From positions 13,153,081-13,217,080 of the forward strand of contig CM119267.1 of assembly GCA_051294375.1 (NCBI GenBank): a DNA stretch of 64,000 bases. The letters are read 5' to 3'. Under the pieces are notes generated by a model. It saw nothing but the letters and a program-made list of their open reading frames with translations, had not been told where the DNA came from and ran no database searches. Every line of letters begins with the position of its first letter. Position 1 is the stretch's first letter. Both the position numbers and the translations under genes were made by a program. Shown here in pieces: positions 1 through 11,617 of the stretch. This DNA is from Paraspadella gotoi. Lineage: Eukaryota; Animalia; Chaetognatha.

Positions 1-247
1 GTACCCCTGACCCTTTTGATTTTAATTTGATAGTAGATCTCTACTATATAGACCACGACGGCGAACAACGACGACGGCGACGGACAACAAAAGATACAAA
101 AGTAAGGAATGTGACGATCGAGTGAAAATGAGAAAAAGTAGTTGGCAGCGGACGGGGGATCCGTTTCGATCGCCGACCAGGTCCCAAATCTACATTTGCA
201 TAACGTCGTGAATCCGGGCGAAAGAGGAAATAGGCGATAGGGGGCTA

Positions 248-328
<81 letters not shown>

Positions 329-442
329 ATAGAAGCGATGTCGTATTTAAATACAAAAGATGAAGAAAAAGTTATATTTTAAAATATTCTAATTCTTTCT
401 TAAGAGCGAAACAAAGGAATAGTGTGAATAATGTGAGAGAGT

Positions 443-570
443 CCTGCTATGTTATTATCTTGTAAGTGTGATGGAGGCCTTAAACCGCCAAAGCCTGTCC
501 AAAGTCAGGGACAAGATAGCTTATTTATTAAATGAATGGATAATTTTTATATTGGTTGTACCAATTTCAT
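443..570. repeat. Dispersed repeat, direct copy at 54078-54193
   Basis: CCAAAGCCTG(T/C)CCAAAGTCAGGG(A/G)CAAGATAGCTTATTTATTAAATGAATGGATAATTTT...GTACCAATTTCAT is shared; possibly a LINE-associated UTR. Confidence 0.7.
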
Positions 571-1147
571 AAAGATGAGCGATCGCATATTTTGACTCAG
601 TGAGAAGTGGTTGTAAGACTCAGGGAGAAGTTGAGTGTGACACTGTTAAAATTTGATGATAAGAGAGTGGATAACTGAGAATTGAGATAGGTTTAACAGG
701 ACAAGGGGCTTAGGTAAGATTAAGAAATAAACTAGGTTTTACTTTAAGATCTGTTATATTCAGGCATGTTGCGACGGCGGTTGAAAGACTGTGGAAAATA
801 TTTGTTATTTATTTGAGAAAGGATTTAGACCAAGATTAAGTGGCAGATTGAGAAGTTTCAAAAAACGAATCTTATTGGGTAATGGGTAATGTACTGGGTA
901 CATTAAATGAGGATGGGACTATAGAGTGGGGAAACTTAATTAAATGGGTTAGAATTGGTTATTGGAACTTATTTAATCAATGAAGTTATCTTGTATTGGG
1001 TATTGAGGGACTAAATATATATTTTAATGTGGTAGCGTGTGTTGTCAGTTTATAGCGTGATATCGTGTTTCTATTGGTGATGAAGCGATTATTTTCACTC
1101 TTGCATTTACGTGATAGTATTTCTATTTATTGGTGATGTAGGGATTA

Positions 1148-1335
1148 TTGCAAGTTAAAAAAATGATGCAAGTTGAAAAAATGAAGCAAGTTAAAAAAAA
1201 GATTCAAGTTGAAAAAATGATGCAAATTTGAAAAATGATGCGAGTTAAAAAAATGATTCAAATTTTAAAAATGATACAAGTTGAAAAAAGTATTCAAGTT
1301 GAAAAAAGTATGCAAGTTTAAAAAATGATTCAAGT
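1148..1335 (+). repeat. Degenerate ~19-20 bp tandem repeat (ATGCAAGTTGAAAAAATG)
   Basis: About ten consecutive CAAGTT(G/A)AAAAAATGAT-like units. Confidence 0.85.
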
Positions 1336-1338
1336 AAA

Positions 1339-2072
1339 AACAAGTTTGAGCAAACAATGTCGGATCTGCCCACGATCATTCTCGGTAATTAATTAATTAA
1401 TTCAAGTTAATTAATTAATAATTAATATATTCAAGTTAATTAATTAGGCAATTAATTAATTAATTTGATCCAAAATATTTGTTTTGATTGATTAATTGAC
1501 TGATTAATTAATTATTGATTAATTGTTTGACTAATTGATTAATTAACTGATTAATTATTTGATTAATTAATACATCTTGCATTTACATTTAAAAGAAAAA
1601 GAAAAAGAAGCATAATCAATTAGCGAAACAGGTTCTTTGTTTTTTCCATTTAAACTAATTTCCACTCTAACGATTCCATCGAAACTTGATTTCCAGTTTA
1701 AACACACACTTTTCTACCCAAATACAAAATTTTAATCCAATCGCCCCATCCACTCATGAGTAATTGGTGTTAAAATAGTGAAATATATTTATTTGTTTTT
1801 TCCCTTTAAACTCATTTCCACTAGGACGATTCCATCGAAACTTCATATCCAGCTTAATCACACACTTCCTTACCTACACACAAAATTTCATTTCAATCCA
1901 TTTATCCAATCACAAGTAATTGGTGTTTTTTGCTAAGGTGGGACGGACGGACGGTAGGACGGACGGACGGACATCGCTTTTTTTGCATAATTTATCATAA
2001 TCCGACAAGATTGAGGGGGCGGACCGACGGACCGACGGACCGACAGAGTAAATTATAGAGTCGGGATCTGCT
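1339..2072 (-). mobile_element. HINE/DINE-1-like element, same family, 5' tip missing
   Basis: Reverse complement of 6876-7603: CAAGTTTGAGCAAACAATGTCGGATCTGCC at 1341, (GGAC)n at ~1940-1970 and ~2020-2045; ends within the 5' hairpin. Confidence 0.75.
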
Positions 2073-2470
2073 GACTATTTTATTCTCGAGTCCATTTAAA
2101 CGTTAGTGTCTTTTGTTTTTGTTGAATTTTAATAGTTTAGTTTTTACTTGTTTACCGTTTGCTAATCTTTTACTTTGTCAATACTGTTTTTGGTATTAAT
2201 AAAAAAAATATGATAAAGCAGTTATAATTAGGTTACAATTCTAAATGTGCCGAGAATATTTCCTATTTTCATTAAAACATTATTCCAATTATTTTTTCAT
2301 TATTGTCGCTGTATTTTGAGTGATTTACGAGTCACAAATATAAGAATAAAATTTTGCTGAGGTCGCGAAAAGTCAGTTGAGGATAATCTCAAAGTTTTTA
2401 AAAAATAGCTTTTTCATTCCTACAATCCGACATGACTCTATCATTCAAGCTTTAATTTTCGAATTAGAAA

Positions 2471-2533
<63 letters not shown>

Positions 2534-2711
2534 AAAGTGTCGTTAACGACTCAAGAAAAAACCATAGATGGCGGTGGGAAACGCCTAATTGATAAAACCA
2601 TTTTCTATATGATGGAGGACCCTATTAAAACGACATATATTCTCTCAACGTTTTCTGGAGAAACAGAGATAGTGGGTGAATAACATTCTTTAAGAACGTG
2701 AGAAACGAGAA

Positions 2712-2763
<52 letters not shown>

Positions 2764-3645
2764 GAATCTTCAGCGTATTTCTAAATGCTGAGTCTCTTCC
2801 TTCCTTGTTGGTTCTTTCTTAATTTTCCTCCAAAACATTATTATAATTTCAGTTTAGAGTTTTTTCCCCGATGGGAGATCCAGTTCGATTCTCTCTTTTT
2901 CTTTTTTTATCGACTTTTTTTTACTTTTGGCGCCAGAGCGCGCGATTGGGCTTTTCCCACCTCAATTACTAAGAGCGTATCTCCTATTTTGCCGAAGCTA
3001 TGCGTCTCTTTGTAGTTCTAGTTCCGCTCTAAACTCGTTTCAATATCTTGTGATTTTGCTTTTTCACTCTCATTAGCTTTTTCGCTTTGGCCAATGAACC
3101 GTTGTAATCGAGCGGCCAAGCGACCGTGAATTTCTTGCCGTTTTTATAATTAAAAAAAAAAATTAATTATACATATGATGCGTCGACTAGAAGTAACTCT
3201 CAAAAAAAATATTATGTCAATGTTTTATCAATTTAAAGACTGAAGGTATTAAAAATATTCGGTTAAATATATAAAGGTTTAATTATTTGTACTACTAACA
3301 AACTAACGTAACCGGACCGAAAAATTCCTGTTCAGAGATGCTAAGTCGCATCTTTAAAAAATGAATTCCAGTCACGATCGCGTTAAAAACAAACCGTTTC
3401 CCTTCCGCCTCTCGCACCACTCGCGCACTGAGCACGCCTTCAATGCGTCGGAATTTCAAATTTCAAGACGCGAAAAAATTTCTTTGATTTTTCTTTTCTT
3501 TTCTATTTCATTCGAACGAATTTGATCGGAAAGAAATTCTTAAGAAGGCGAAGAAAGGCCGTGAATGCTGTGTGTGAATGCGGTGAACGAACGAACGGAA
3601 AAATAAATTGGAAAAGGTCACAGATTCTCTCTCTCTCCTCTCTCT

Positions 3646-3702
<57 letters not shown>

Positions 3703-3937
3703 TCCCCTCCTTCTTGTAATTCGCTACAACGCTAATGGTTCTCGTCTAGGTGCGCCCTCTTTCGATGTTGGAAGGTTTTCTTAACTGTAGACGAGGGAAA
3801 GGTCAAAGCTAAACAGAGGAAAGAGATTTAAGAAGAGGGGATCAACCTGAAGCATCCTCTGTTATTTTAACTCTCCAATCTTCAGTTCCACCAACCCCCT
3901 TTCCGCTCACCCACCTCCCCACCCACCATCCACCAAC

Positions 3938-4147
3938 CTCGTCTCGAAATCAAGCCGCTTCTTGAGTTTGACGCCGCCGACGCCGGATCGCGCGATTTCG
4001 AAAAATTCGGCGCCGTCCGACGCCGCATCCACGAAGTAGTCGATCTTCCCCGCGGAGCCGTAGGGCGAGTCGGCGTCGACGGCGACGGCGCCCGTGAAGA
4101 TGGGCGTGCCCACCGGCGTCAGTTCGGAGACGTTGACGGTGTAGACG
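3938..4147 (-). CDS. PCDH15: Protocadherin-15-like exon 3 (EC2, partial); gene continues beyond position 1
   Basis: cacctccttccag|C completes AGC (Ser) from the phase-2 exon 2. Translates VYTVNVSELTPVGTPIFTGAVAVDADSPYGSAGKIDYFV...FFEI...VKLKKRLDFETR (cf. PCDH15 VNELTPVGTTIFTG...LRKRLNYE). The donor AG|gttggt at 3938 is the best guess; nearby GTs are alternatives. Confidence 0.88.
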
Positions 4148-4220
4148 CTGGAAGGAGGTGAGTGGGATGAGGTGGAGAATATTGGTCACTTTTATTGTAT
4201 TGTGGTGGGATATTCACACC

Positions 4221-4440
4221 GCCTCACGTCCACGATCTTTCAGCCAATACCATTGACTCAGAGGCGGAATACACTATTGTGTTCCATCCACAGTCCTAAC
4301 GACTTCCCTCTGCGTTGGCAAAGCGAGACCGTCCTAGGGTAACCGCGCCTGTGACTAGAGGCGTCACTGAGGGTCGCAACCCCCTAAAGCCAACAGTGAG
4401 ATGCCCCATCTCAATGGGCATCACAGGCAACCCAGCTCTT
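4221..4440. mobile_element. GC-rich structured dispersed repeat (SINE-like), copy 1, in PCDH15 intron 2
   Basis: Reverse complement of 32748-32966 (TTCCATCCACAGTCCTAACGACTTCCCTCTG...GAGATGCCCCAT...TCACAGGCAACCC). tRNA-like fragments lie adjacent (4497-4555). Confidence 0.6.
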
Positions 4441-5017
4441 GCAATAGTATACCTATTACCTATATCTGGGTTTTGTTTAGTTTTACCCAAAGCTTTTAGA
4501 CCGCTCGGCTCATTGAGAAAAACCCATGACCCCGAGGTAGTGGGTACAATCCCAACCCGAGAGCTAGACCCTAGTGGCACCGCTGTTTTAGCCTCGTGAT
4601 TGTACGTACTTTATTTTTTTTATTTTGGAAGCACCTAATTGAACATTAATACTGAGTTTACTGACTGACGTTTGGTTTCTTATTTTGTCTAGACACTTTG
4701 ACACGAATAAAAATGTATTTAATTTTAAAAATATTAAAAAACTACGAAAGTGACAACAACTTTCAAAAGAGAGAGCTCTTAAGAAAAAGGTTGATTCGAG
4801 AAAGAGGATAAGAAAGGAGAGTCGTCGTAGATCGGGGATGTCGAAAGAAAGGGGGGAAGGGGGGTGGCGGGGGGTGCAAGGCAGAAAAGGGGGTGAAGGA
4901 GAATAAGAGTTAGGATGTCACCGGATTACGCTTCGTCGGTTGGAAAGGATTATTTTCCAGGAATAAACCGACTTTTTTTTCCTAAAATTGGAATCGACCG
5001 CTTCCACGTATTTCCTC

Positions 5018-5095
<78 letters not shown>

Positions 5096-5250
5096 GACTC
5101 AATCACAAGTCACTCGAAATTACAGAACAAAAACTCGAAACGAAAAAAAAAAACAAAACAAAAAAAAAAACCCGAATTCTGACTTTATGGAAAACAAAAA
5201 AAAAGAATAAAAAATTGAAGAGAAACGCTTTTAGCGTGAGCAAGACAAAG

Positions 5251-5292
<42 letters not shown>

Positions 5293-5895
5293 CGATTTTG
5301 GTTCCGCGACAGTGAACAAGAAATTTCCCAACGGTTTTTACCCTTAGGGGCGTTTGTCTCTCCTTGTTGTATATATTTTTGCGTTTTTATCATACAACAT
5401 CTTCCTTATCGTTCCCCTTCATTTCTTTTCCTTTTTATTTACTCTTTTTTCATTTCTTTTCCTTTCATACTTTCCCTTTCTTCCTTTTTTTTTCCATATT
5501 CTATCCCTTTTATTACGTAAGGTTTTCAACTCGCAAAGGAAGAAAATTTATTCTCGCACAAGAGACGAAAAAAAAGTTAAAAATTCGGTTTCTTAAGTCG
5601 ATTCGGCGTCGAAAAGGCAGAGAAAGAGTAGGAGGAGGAGGAGGAGGGGGAGGAGGAGGAGGAAGAGCGGAATTAGAAACAAAAAGTAAATAAATTTTGC
5701 CAGGGGAGAAGAGACTTTTAAAAAAAGGGCCCTTGACGTCGGAGTTTGACTCTCACTCTCTCGATGCGTTTCTGACTTTGTGTCTGTAACGTTCATTTTC
5801 TTTCTTTCTTTCTCTCTCCTTGGCTATCATTGTCTCTCTGTCTGAGTCTCTTTCTCTGTCTAGGTTTCTTTCTTTATTTCACTCTCTTTTTTATT

Positions 5896-5937
<42 letters not shown>

Positions 5938-5938
<1 letters not shown>

Positions 5939-6032
5939 TCTGAGAAAAAGTGGGCGCGTTATCGTTGACGTCGGCGACAACGATGCGAACCTCGTGGGAG
6001 ATCGAAGTTGAGTCGGGAGGCGGATTCGTGCA
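5938..6032 (-). CDS. PCDH15: Protocadherin-15-like exon 2 (end of EC1, DxNDN linker)
   Basis: ttttttgaccttcag|TGC...CAG AG|gtgaga, 95 nt, phase 0 to phase 2. Translates CTNPPPDSTSISHEVRIVVADVNDNAPTFSQ, matching vertebrate PCDH15 C-x-N...I-x-HEVRIVVRDRNDNSPTF (recalled). Confidence 0.92.
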
Positions 6033-6875
6033 CTGAAGGTCAAAAAAGGAAATGATTATTATCTGTGTTATTGTGAGAAAGTTTACTTGCTAATTTCTTG
6101 GTCGCAACCACCAAAAAAAACAGAATTTGTGTTTATTTGATGGCTTAGGACAAAACAAATTATTTGTTAAAAAGTTTTAAGAACCTCCCAGACTAAATTG
6201 TGGACCTGTTGACACGGTGCCAAGAAAAAAAAGATAGAGACGGAGATAGAGAGAGATGGAGTGGGAGACGCCGAGAGAGAAAAGAAAGAGCTTCGTTGCT
6301 TAAATCAAGGGCGAGGAAAGATTATGGTTTTTGCGATATTCTTCATCAACTTAAGGAGCCCATGATGCTATATTTTCAAGAGGAAAGCTTATTGATATTC
6401 CCTCTCTTTCTCTCTTTCTCTTTTTCTCCTTTTCTCTCTCTCTTTCTCTTTTTCTCTCTCTCTCTCTTTTATTTTGGTAAACGACGCTTGGTTTTGTAGT
6501 TGTAAATTGATAACGATCCCTGCGTTTCAAGAAAGGGCGGAATAGTGATAGACAAACAGACAAAGCGCTCGGAGCGAAGATAGAGACATTAAAACAGACA
6601 CAGATACTAAAAAATAGTTAGAGAAATAAAAACAAGAGAAATAAAAAAAACAGAAAAAAGTAAAAGAAAAATGAAGATCCATTGATCCTTCCAAAAAAAC
6701 TTTTTACATTTTTTTTTAAACTTCACCTTTTCGACTACCAACTCGAATTCCAAAATTCTTTCTTATATTATTAATATTATATATTTTATTAATTTCTTTT
6801 ATTTTTTTTCTGCCTCGTACTTTCAAAATATATTTCCTTTTAGTTTTTTTGGTATTTTTTCTTTTCGTCAATTTT

Positions 6876-7603
6876 TAGCCGGATCTGCTTACAGCAGATT
6901 TCGGCTCTATAATTCACTTTGTCGGTCCGTCGGTCCGCCCCCCCAATCTTGTCGGACATTCACTTATATCATGTCAGAACATCAAATTATGATAAATTAT
7001 GTAAAAAAAAAATGATGTCCGTCCGTCAGTCTGTCTGTCCGTCCGTCCCACCTTAACAAAAAACACCAATTACTTGTGATATGATGGATGGATTGGAATG
7101 AAATCTTGTGTGTGGGTAGGAAAGAGTGTTATTGAGCTGGAAATCAAGTTTCAATGAAATCGTCCGAGTGGAAATGAGTTAAAATGGAAAAAAATATATA
7201 TTTCACTATTTGAATGCCAATTACTCAAGCAAATAGGGCGATTGACCTCAAATTTTGTATGTGGGTAGGAAATTGTGTGATTGAACAGGAAATAAAGTGT
7301 CGATGGAATCGTCCTAGTGAAAATGAGTTACAATAGAAAAAACAAACAATCTATTTCACTATTTGATTATACTTTTTTTATATTAAATGTAAATTCAAGC
7401 TGCATTAATTAATTTTTAATAAGTAAGTAATTAATTAATTAATTTTGTGATCGAGATTGTTTTTTTGTGATTGAGAGGCGAGACAAAGTGGAAAACGATT
7501 TTGACATGAATAAAAAAAATTAATATTAATTAATTAATTAATTAATTATCTGATCAGCGGCTAATGGTCGTGGGCAGATCCGGCATTGTTTGCTCAAACT
7601 TGT
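6876..7603 (+). mobile_element. Helentron-associated non-autonomous element (HINE/DINE-1-like), apparently full length
   Basis: Starts in a T-run with TAGCCGGATCTGCT; adjacent imperfect inverted copy AGCAGATTTCGGC; (GTCC/GTCT)n microsatellites; TAAT-rich middle; 3' subterminal inverted repeat GCAGATCCGGC, then stem-loop GTTTG-CT-CAAAC and TTGTTTTT. Confidence 0.78.
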
Positions 7604-7753
7604 TTTTTATCTCAAAACCTCTCGACCCGTTTTTTTTCTCCGTCTGGAATTTTTTTTCCATTCGTCCGTCCATCTCTCCTTGTTCGTTCTCAAGTGTGAA
7701 AATTGCCTCTCTCAGGCATTTAAGGATTCGCTTTTGATTGCTTGGCCTCTCTT

Positions 7754-7824
<71 letters not shown>

Positions 7825-9324
7825 CTCTATCCTCATTCCTTGGACTCAACAGTGGGGGTCGATATTGAGTGACGTCATCTAATTCGTGAAGATGAGCGGC
7901 CGGAATTCTTTTGACGGGAGATCGCGGGTTCGAACCCGGGGCATTTTTGACATTTCGGCCACACAATATCAGTCATTATCATAATAGTATAGCAAAGGAA
8001 ACAAAAAGATGGCGGAAGGAACATAAAAACAACGTCAATTTCAACCACGCAAACAACAACAACCCTAAAATTCCTTTCGAATTTCGACCCGAGAAAATTC
8101 ATCCTTCTTTCCATCATTTGTTTCCAGATTCACCCAAGCAAAGCGAAGAGAGATGAAAGGGGGGGAATGATTTAGCTCTCCCTCCTCCGATCGCTAACTT
8201 CCCCTCCCCTCACCCCGATTCGCGATCATCGAATAACCTTCTCGCTTTTTCCTCACAGTCATTCTTAACAGGTTGGAATCGCCTCCTTTTTTTTCTCAAC
8301 CGTCATTCCATCCAGGTTGGAATTTTTAACTCGAACCAATTTCGTTGAGTCTCAGAAAAAATTTTGGTGGAAAGGGTTTTTTCGCCTTTTTTAAAATTTT
8401 ATTTAAAAGAATTATTGTTGATTTTTTGTTACACTATACGCGGGGTATGTAAATGTTTCTGCTAAGGAATTCGTTTGTTGCAAAATATTATAAGTTTTGT
8501 ATTTTGCATTGAAAAATTCAACTTCTTTCCCTCGAAACGTAAAATCGAGACAAATCTCGCGACGGGCAAGAGATTAACGTAATGATATTCATTAACGTAT
8601 AATTCATTAACGTAATCATATTCATAATCATTGCTTGATCGAATCGTTATCTCTTTATATTTTTCTCGATTTTGACATTATAATTCTTAATTGAAACTTC
8701 TTCAAAAATGAATCATTATCATATAATTATGTGGTTTTAAGTTTTATTTTATAAGTTTAATGCACTCCACTTGTTTTAATAGAAAAACAAATTATATCAT
8801 AAGAAAACCATTCTTGCGTGTGCTTTTTTAAAGCGATACGCCCTCTCTAGCGTCTACGCCTCCTCCCACCAAAGACGCCATAGGCATAGCGGCGTAACAG
8901 TCTCTTAAACCAAAGACGCTCTTCAAAAAGAAATGGGAGGGGTCTCACCGAGTCACCCAGGAAAACCTCTTCTGAAAAGTTTCTTTACTAATTTGTTAAA
9001 ACCTAACCAAGTAAATGTAGTATATTCAAAGTACAAAATATTAGGTACATTCCTGCATATCCTCCGGAGCGTAATCTATTGTGAGATTACCCATTTACTA
9101 AAGTAACTCTTTCCTGTCACGTGCCACGGACTCTCCTCCCCCTGCCTCTCCCCCCCAATATTACGAACCTTACCTCTTCTTTATCACATCCACTCATCCT
9201 TCCCTTTCATTTTTTTTTCCAGACGAAAAACTTTATCTCTCCCATAAAATCCTAGATGTCCAAAATTGTCCATTGCTCGAAAACCCCCGAACTGTCTCTA
9301 CCTTCTCTGGGAAGGGGGAATGAG

Positions 9325-9530
9325 GAGGAGAAGAATCAGATTAAGGGGGAGGAGGAGGAGGAGAATCAGATTAAGGGGAGGAGGAGGAGGAGAATCAGAT
9401 TAAGGGAGGAGGAGAGGAGAATCAGATTAAGGGGAGGAGGAGGAGAGAGCGAGAATCAGATTAAGGGGGGGAGGAGGAGGAGAATCAGATTAAGGGGGAG
9501 AGGAGGAGAATCAGATTAAGGGGGGAGGAG
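9325..9530 (+). repeat. Minisatellite, 7 copies of GAGAATCAGATTAAGGG(G) plus a (GAG)n spacer (~26-34 bp unit)
   Basis: Seven GAATCAGATTAAGGG cores counted directly. Confidence 0.9.
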
Positions 9531-9786
9531 GGGAGAAAGATTGAAGATTGAGGAAGAGTAGTTAGTAAAACTGTCCGTTTTTCCTACTCGAGAACCGGTG
9601 AGGAGCTTTTTGGTGACGCTTGTTGTTAATTAAATGTAAAAATGTGTCCGGTCTATATTCGGATTTACTGATTTTTATTTTTATTGCTTCGCGCGTTTAT
9701 TAAATTCTAAAAAATAAATGAAAATTAAAAATAAATAATCAAATTATCAGATTTAAATAAAACAGAAAAATCTAACAAGTCCATAA

Positions 9787-10276
9787 CCAAGTTTGAGGAA
9801 ACTATGCCAGATCTGCCTAAGGTAATTAGCGGTAATTAATTAATTAAATTTAATAAATTAGTAAATTAATTAATTAGTTAAATTTAATTAATTAATTAAA
9901 GTTAATTGATTAATTAATTAATTAATTTGATCCGACATGTTAGTTTTTAGGTCTTTTCGTCACTGAGTTTAAATGAAAAAAATATAAGTCACATTTACTT
10001 TATTTTAAGGACATCGATGATGATAAGCTGTATATAAATTTATAATTAATTATTAAATATTAAAATTAATTAATTAATTAATCGATTAATTAAATAATTA
10101 ATTAATTTTCGTAGGCAGATCCGACATTGTTTGCTCAAACTTGTTTTTGCATAATTCATCATGATTCGATGTTTTGACTTTATTTAAGTGACCTACCGAC
10201 AAGATTGGGGAGGCGGACCAACGGACCGACAAAGTGAATTATAGAGCCGAGTTCTGCTGTATGCAGATCAGGCTAA
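9787..10276 (-). mobile_element. Composite HINE/DINE-1-like element with an opposite-orientation 3' end inside it
   Basis: Minus-strand 3' end at ~9787-9818 and 5' end at ~10145-10276 (GCAGATCAGGCTA). A plus-strand 3' end (GCAGATCCGACATTGTTTGCTCAAACTTG) ends at ~10143. Confidence 0.68.
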
Positions 10277-10790
10277 AAACCATATATAAACGTTTTTCCA
10301 AAATTGTTGGGGAGGCGTTTAACGCAAAGTAGGAAACAAATTTTCTTTTCCTTCCTGAAGAGTGAAGACACTTTGTTTTTTTCATCGCGAATTTCAGGTT
10401 TAAATTGGGTTTCGAAATTGAAAATCCGTTGAACTTTCGCGGTCCATTTTTTTTCCTTTTTATTTTGTCATCATCTCACAAAGACACATGTTTGGTTGTT
10501 TGGTTGTTTGCCCTTTTTTCGCTCAGATTGGTTTGATCCGTTTTGAAAGCCTGCATTCACTTGGAGAGATTAAGTTTTTATTTTTATTTTTTTTTAGTTG
10601 GATTAGTTTAATAATTAATTTAATTTTCAATCCTCAAGGTTGTTGTCTCCTTTGATAACCAATTTCCTCCGGGCGAACGATCAACTTTCTTTTTATATTA
10701 ACTTTGTAGAGAAAATTATAACGACATATACTTTAAAGAAGAAAATTCTAAAGATGTAGGAAGACAAAAAAAAATAGAAGCAGGTACGTA

Positions 10791-11617
10791 CTGGAGTGGG
10801 ACCATATATCGAGACAAAATTTAAAAAATAATTACTCTAAAACTCTTAATGATTTTTAAAATCTGAATAAATATTCGTATAATACTCTCTCCTAGCTTTT
10901 GAAATTCTATGGTGTTATGCTTTTTTGGATGCAGCAAAAGCAATTGCTCGGTTTTCTCTGCGCGGTTTGAAAGAAAAATGTTTGAATACTTATTGTTTAA
11001 TCTCATTCTAAATCATTACAGTTTAAAATATTTTTGGAAGTACTTATTTATAGTATAATAATGCTTCTGCAATGTGTACATGGTATTTTGATTAAATCTA
11101 TTTTAAAGTAAACTGGTAAGGTTCGGGTAAGTTACTTTTATGGTTTAATTTTATTTAAAACTTACTTTTATCAAAAGATTTCTCAACGATATTGACAGAT
11201 AATTAAATTAATCATGTAAGATTTCTGAATGCATAAAAAAATCGTCAAAAAGGTAAGAAATACATAAAGTATTTGTAAATTTAAGCATATTCATTATAAT
11301 ATTCCTTAAATTTGGTTTTACTTACCTGAAAAAAAATTAAATAGGTTTAATTTGGATAGTGATGAAAAGCTTAAAATCAGATGAATTAAAGAAAAGACTG
11401 TCATGTTCAGAAACGACAACTAGAAAATATTAACAAGTATGACTTATGACGCATAAAACGATTAAATGTTTTTAAAACATCCACAACGCCTTTATTTATT
11501 TTGTATATAAAAGTAAAAAGCCAGAAAAATTTTTGCAACTCATTTTATTATTGTATCTGAAATCGTTCAGAGAGGGCAGGACGTTAAGTTTTGTCTCGAT
11601 ATAAAGACCCACCCCTG
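10791..11617. mobile_element. Tc1/mariner-type MITE
   Basis: Imperfect ~29-bp TIRs CTGGAGTGGGACCATATATCGAGACAAAA / TTTTGTCTCGATATAAAGACCCACCCCTG flanked by TA on both sides; AT-rich non-coding interior; second copy at 33904-34573. Confidence 0.75.

Noticed and set aside
570-1000. Decayed LINE ORF2 3' end on the minus strand (NIFHSLSTAVATCLNITDLKVK)
   Set aside because: Only a faint resemblance to the WN.LP...FK motif with many stops; not supportable without a search.
1-3900. Fourth PCDH15 exon (expected ..Y....A.D....T.TL.V.V.D.DD..P.F)
   Set aside because: No matching minus-strand frame with splice signals seen; presumably beyond the window edge.
7890-7945. tRNA gene (B-box GGTTCGAACCC)
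   Set aside because: No convincing A-box or cloverleaf; at most a SINE-head remnant.
9325-9530. CRISPR-like repeat array
   Set aside because: Spacers are short (GAG)n variants rather than unique sequences; eukaryotic context and no cas genes.
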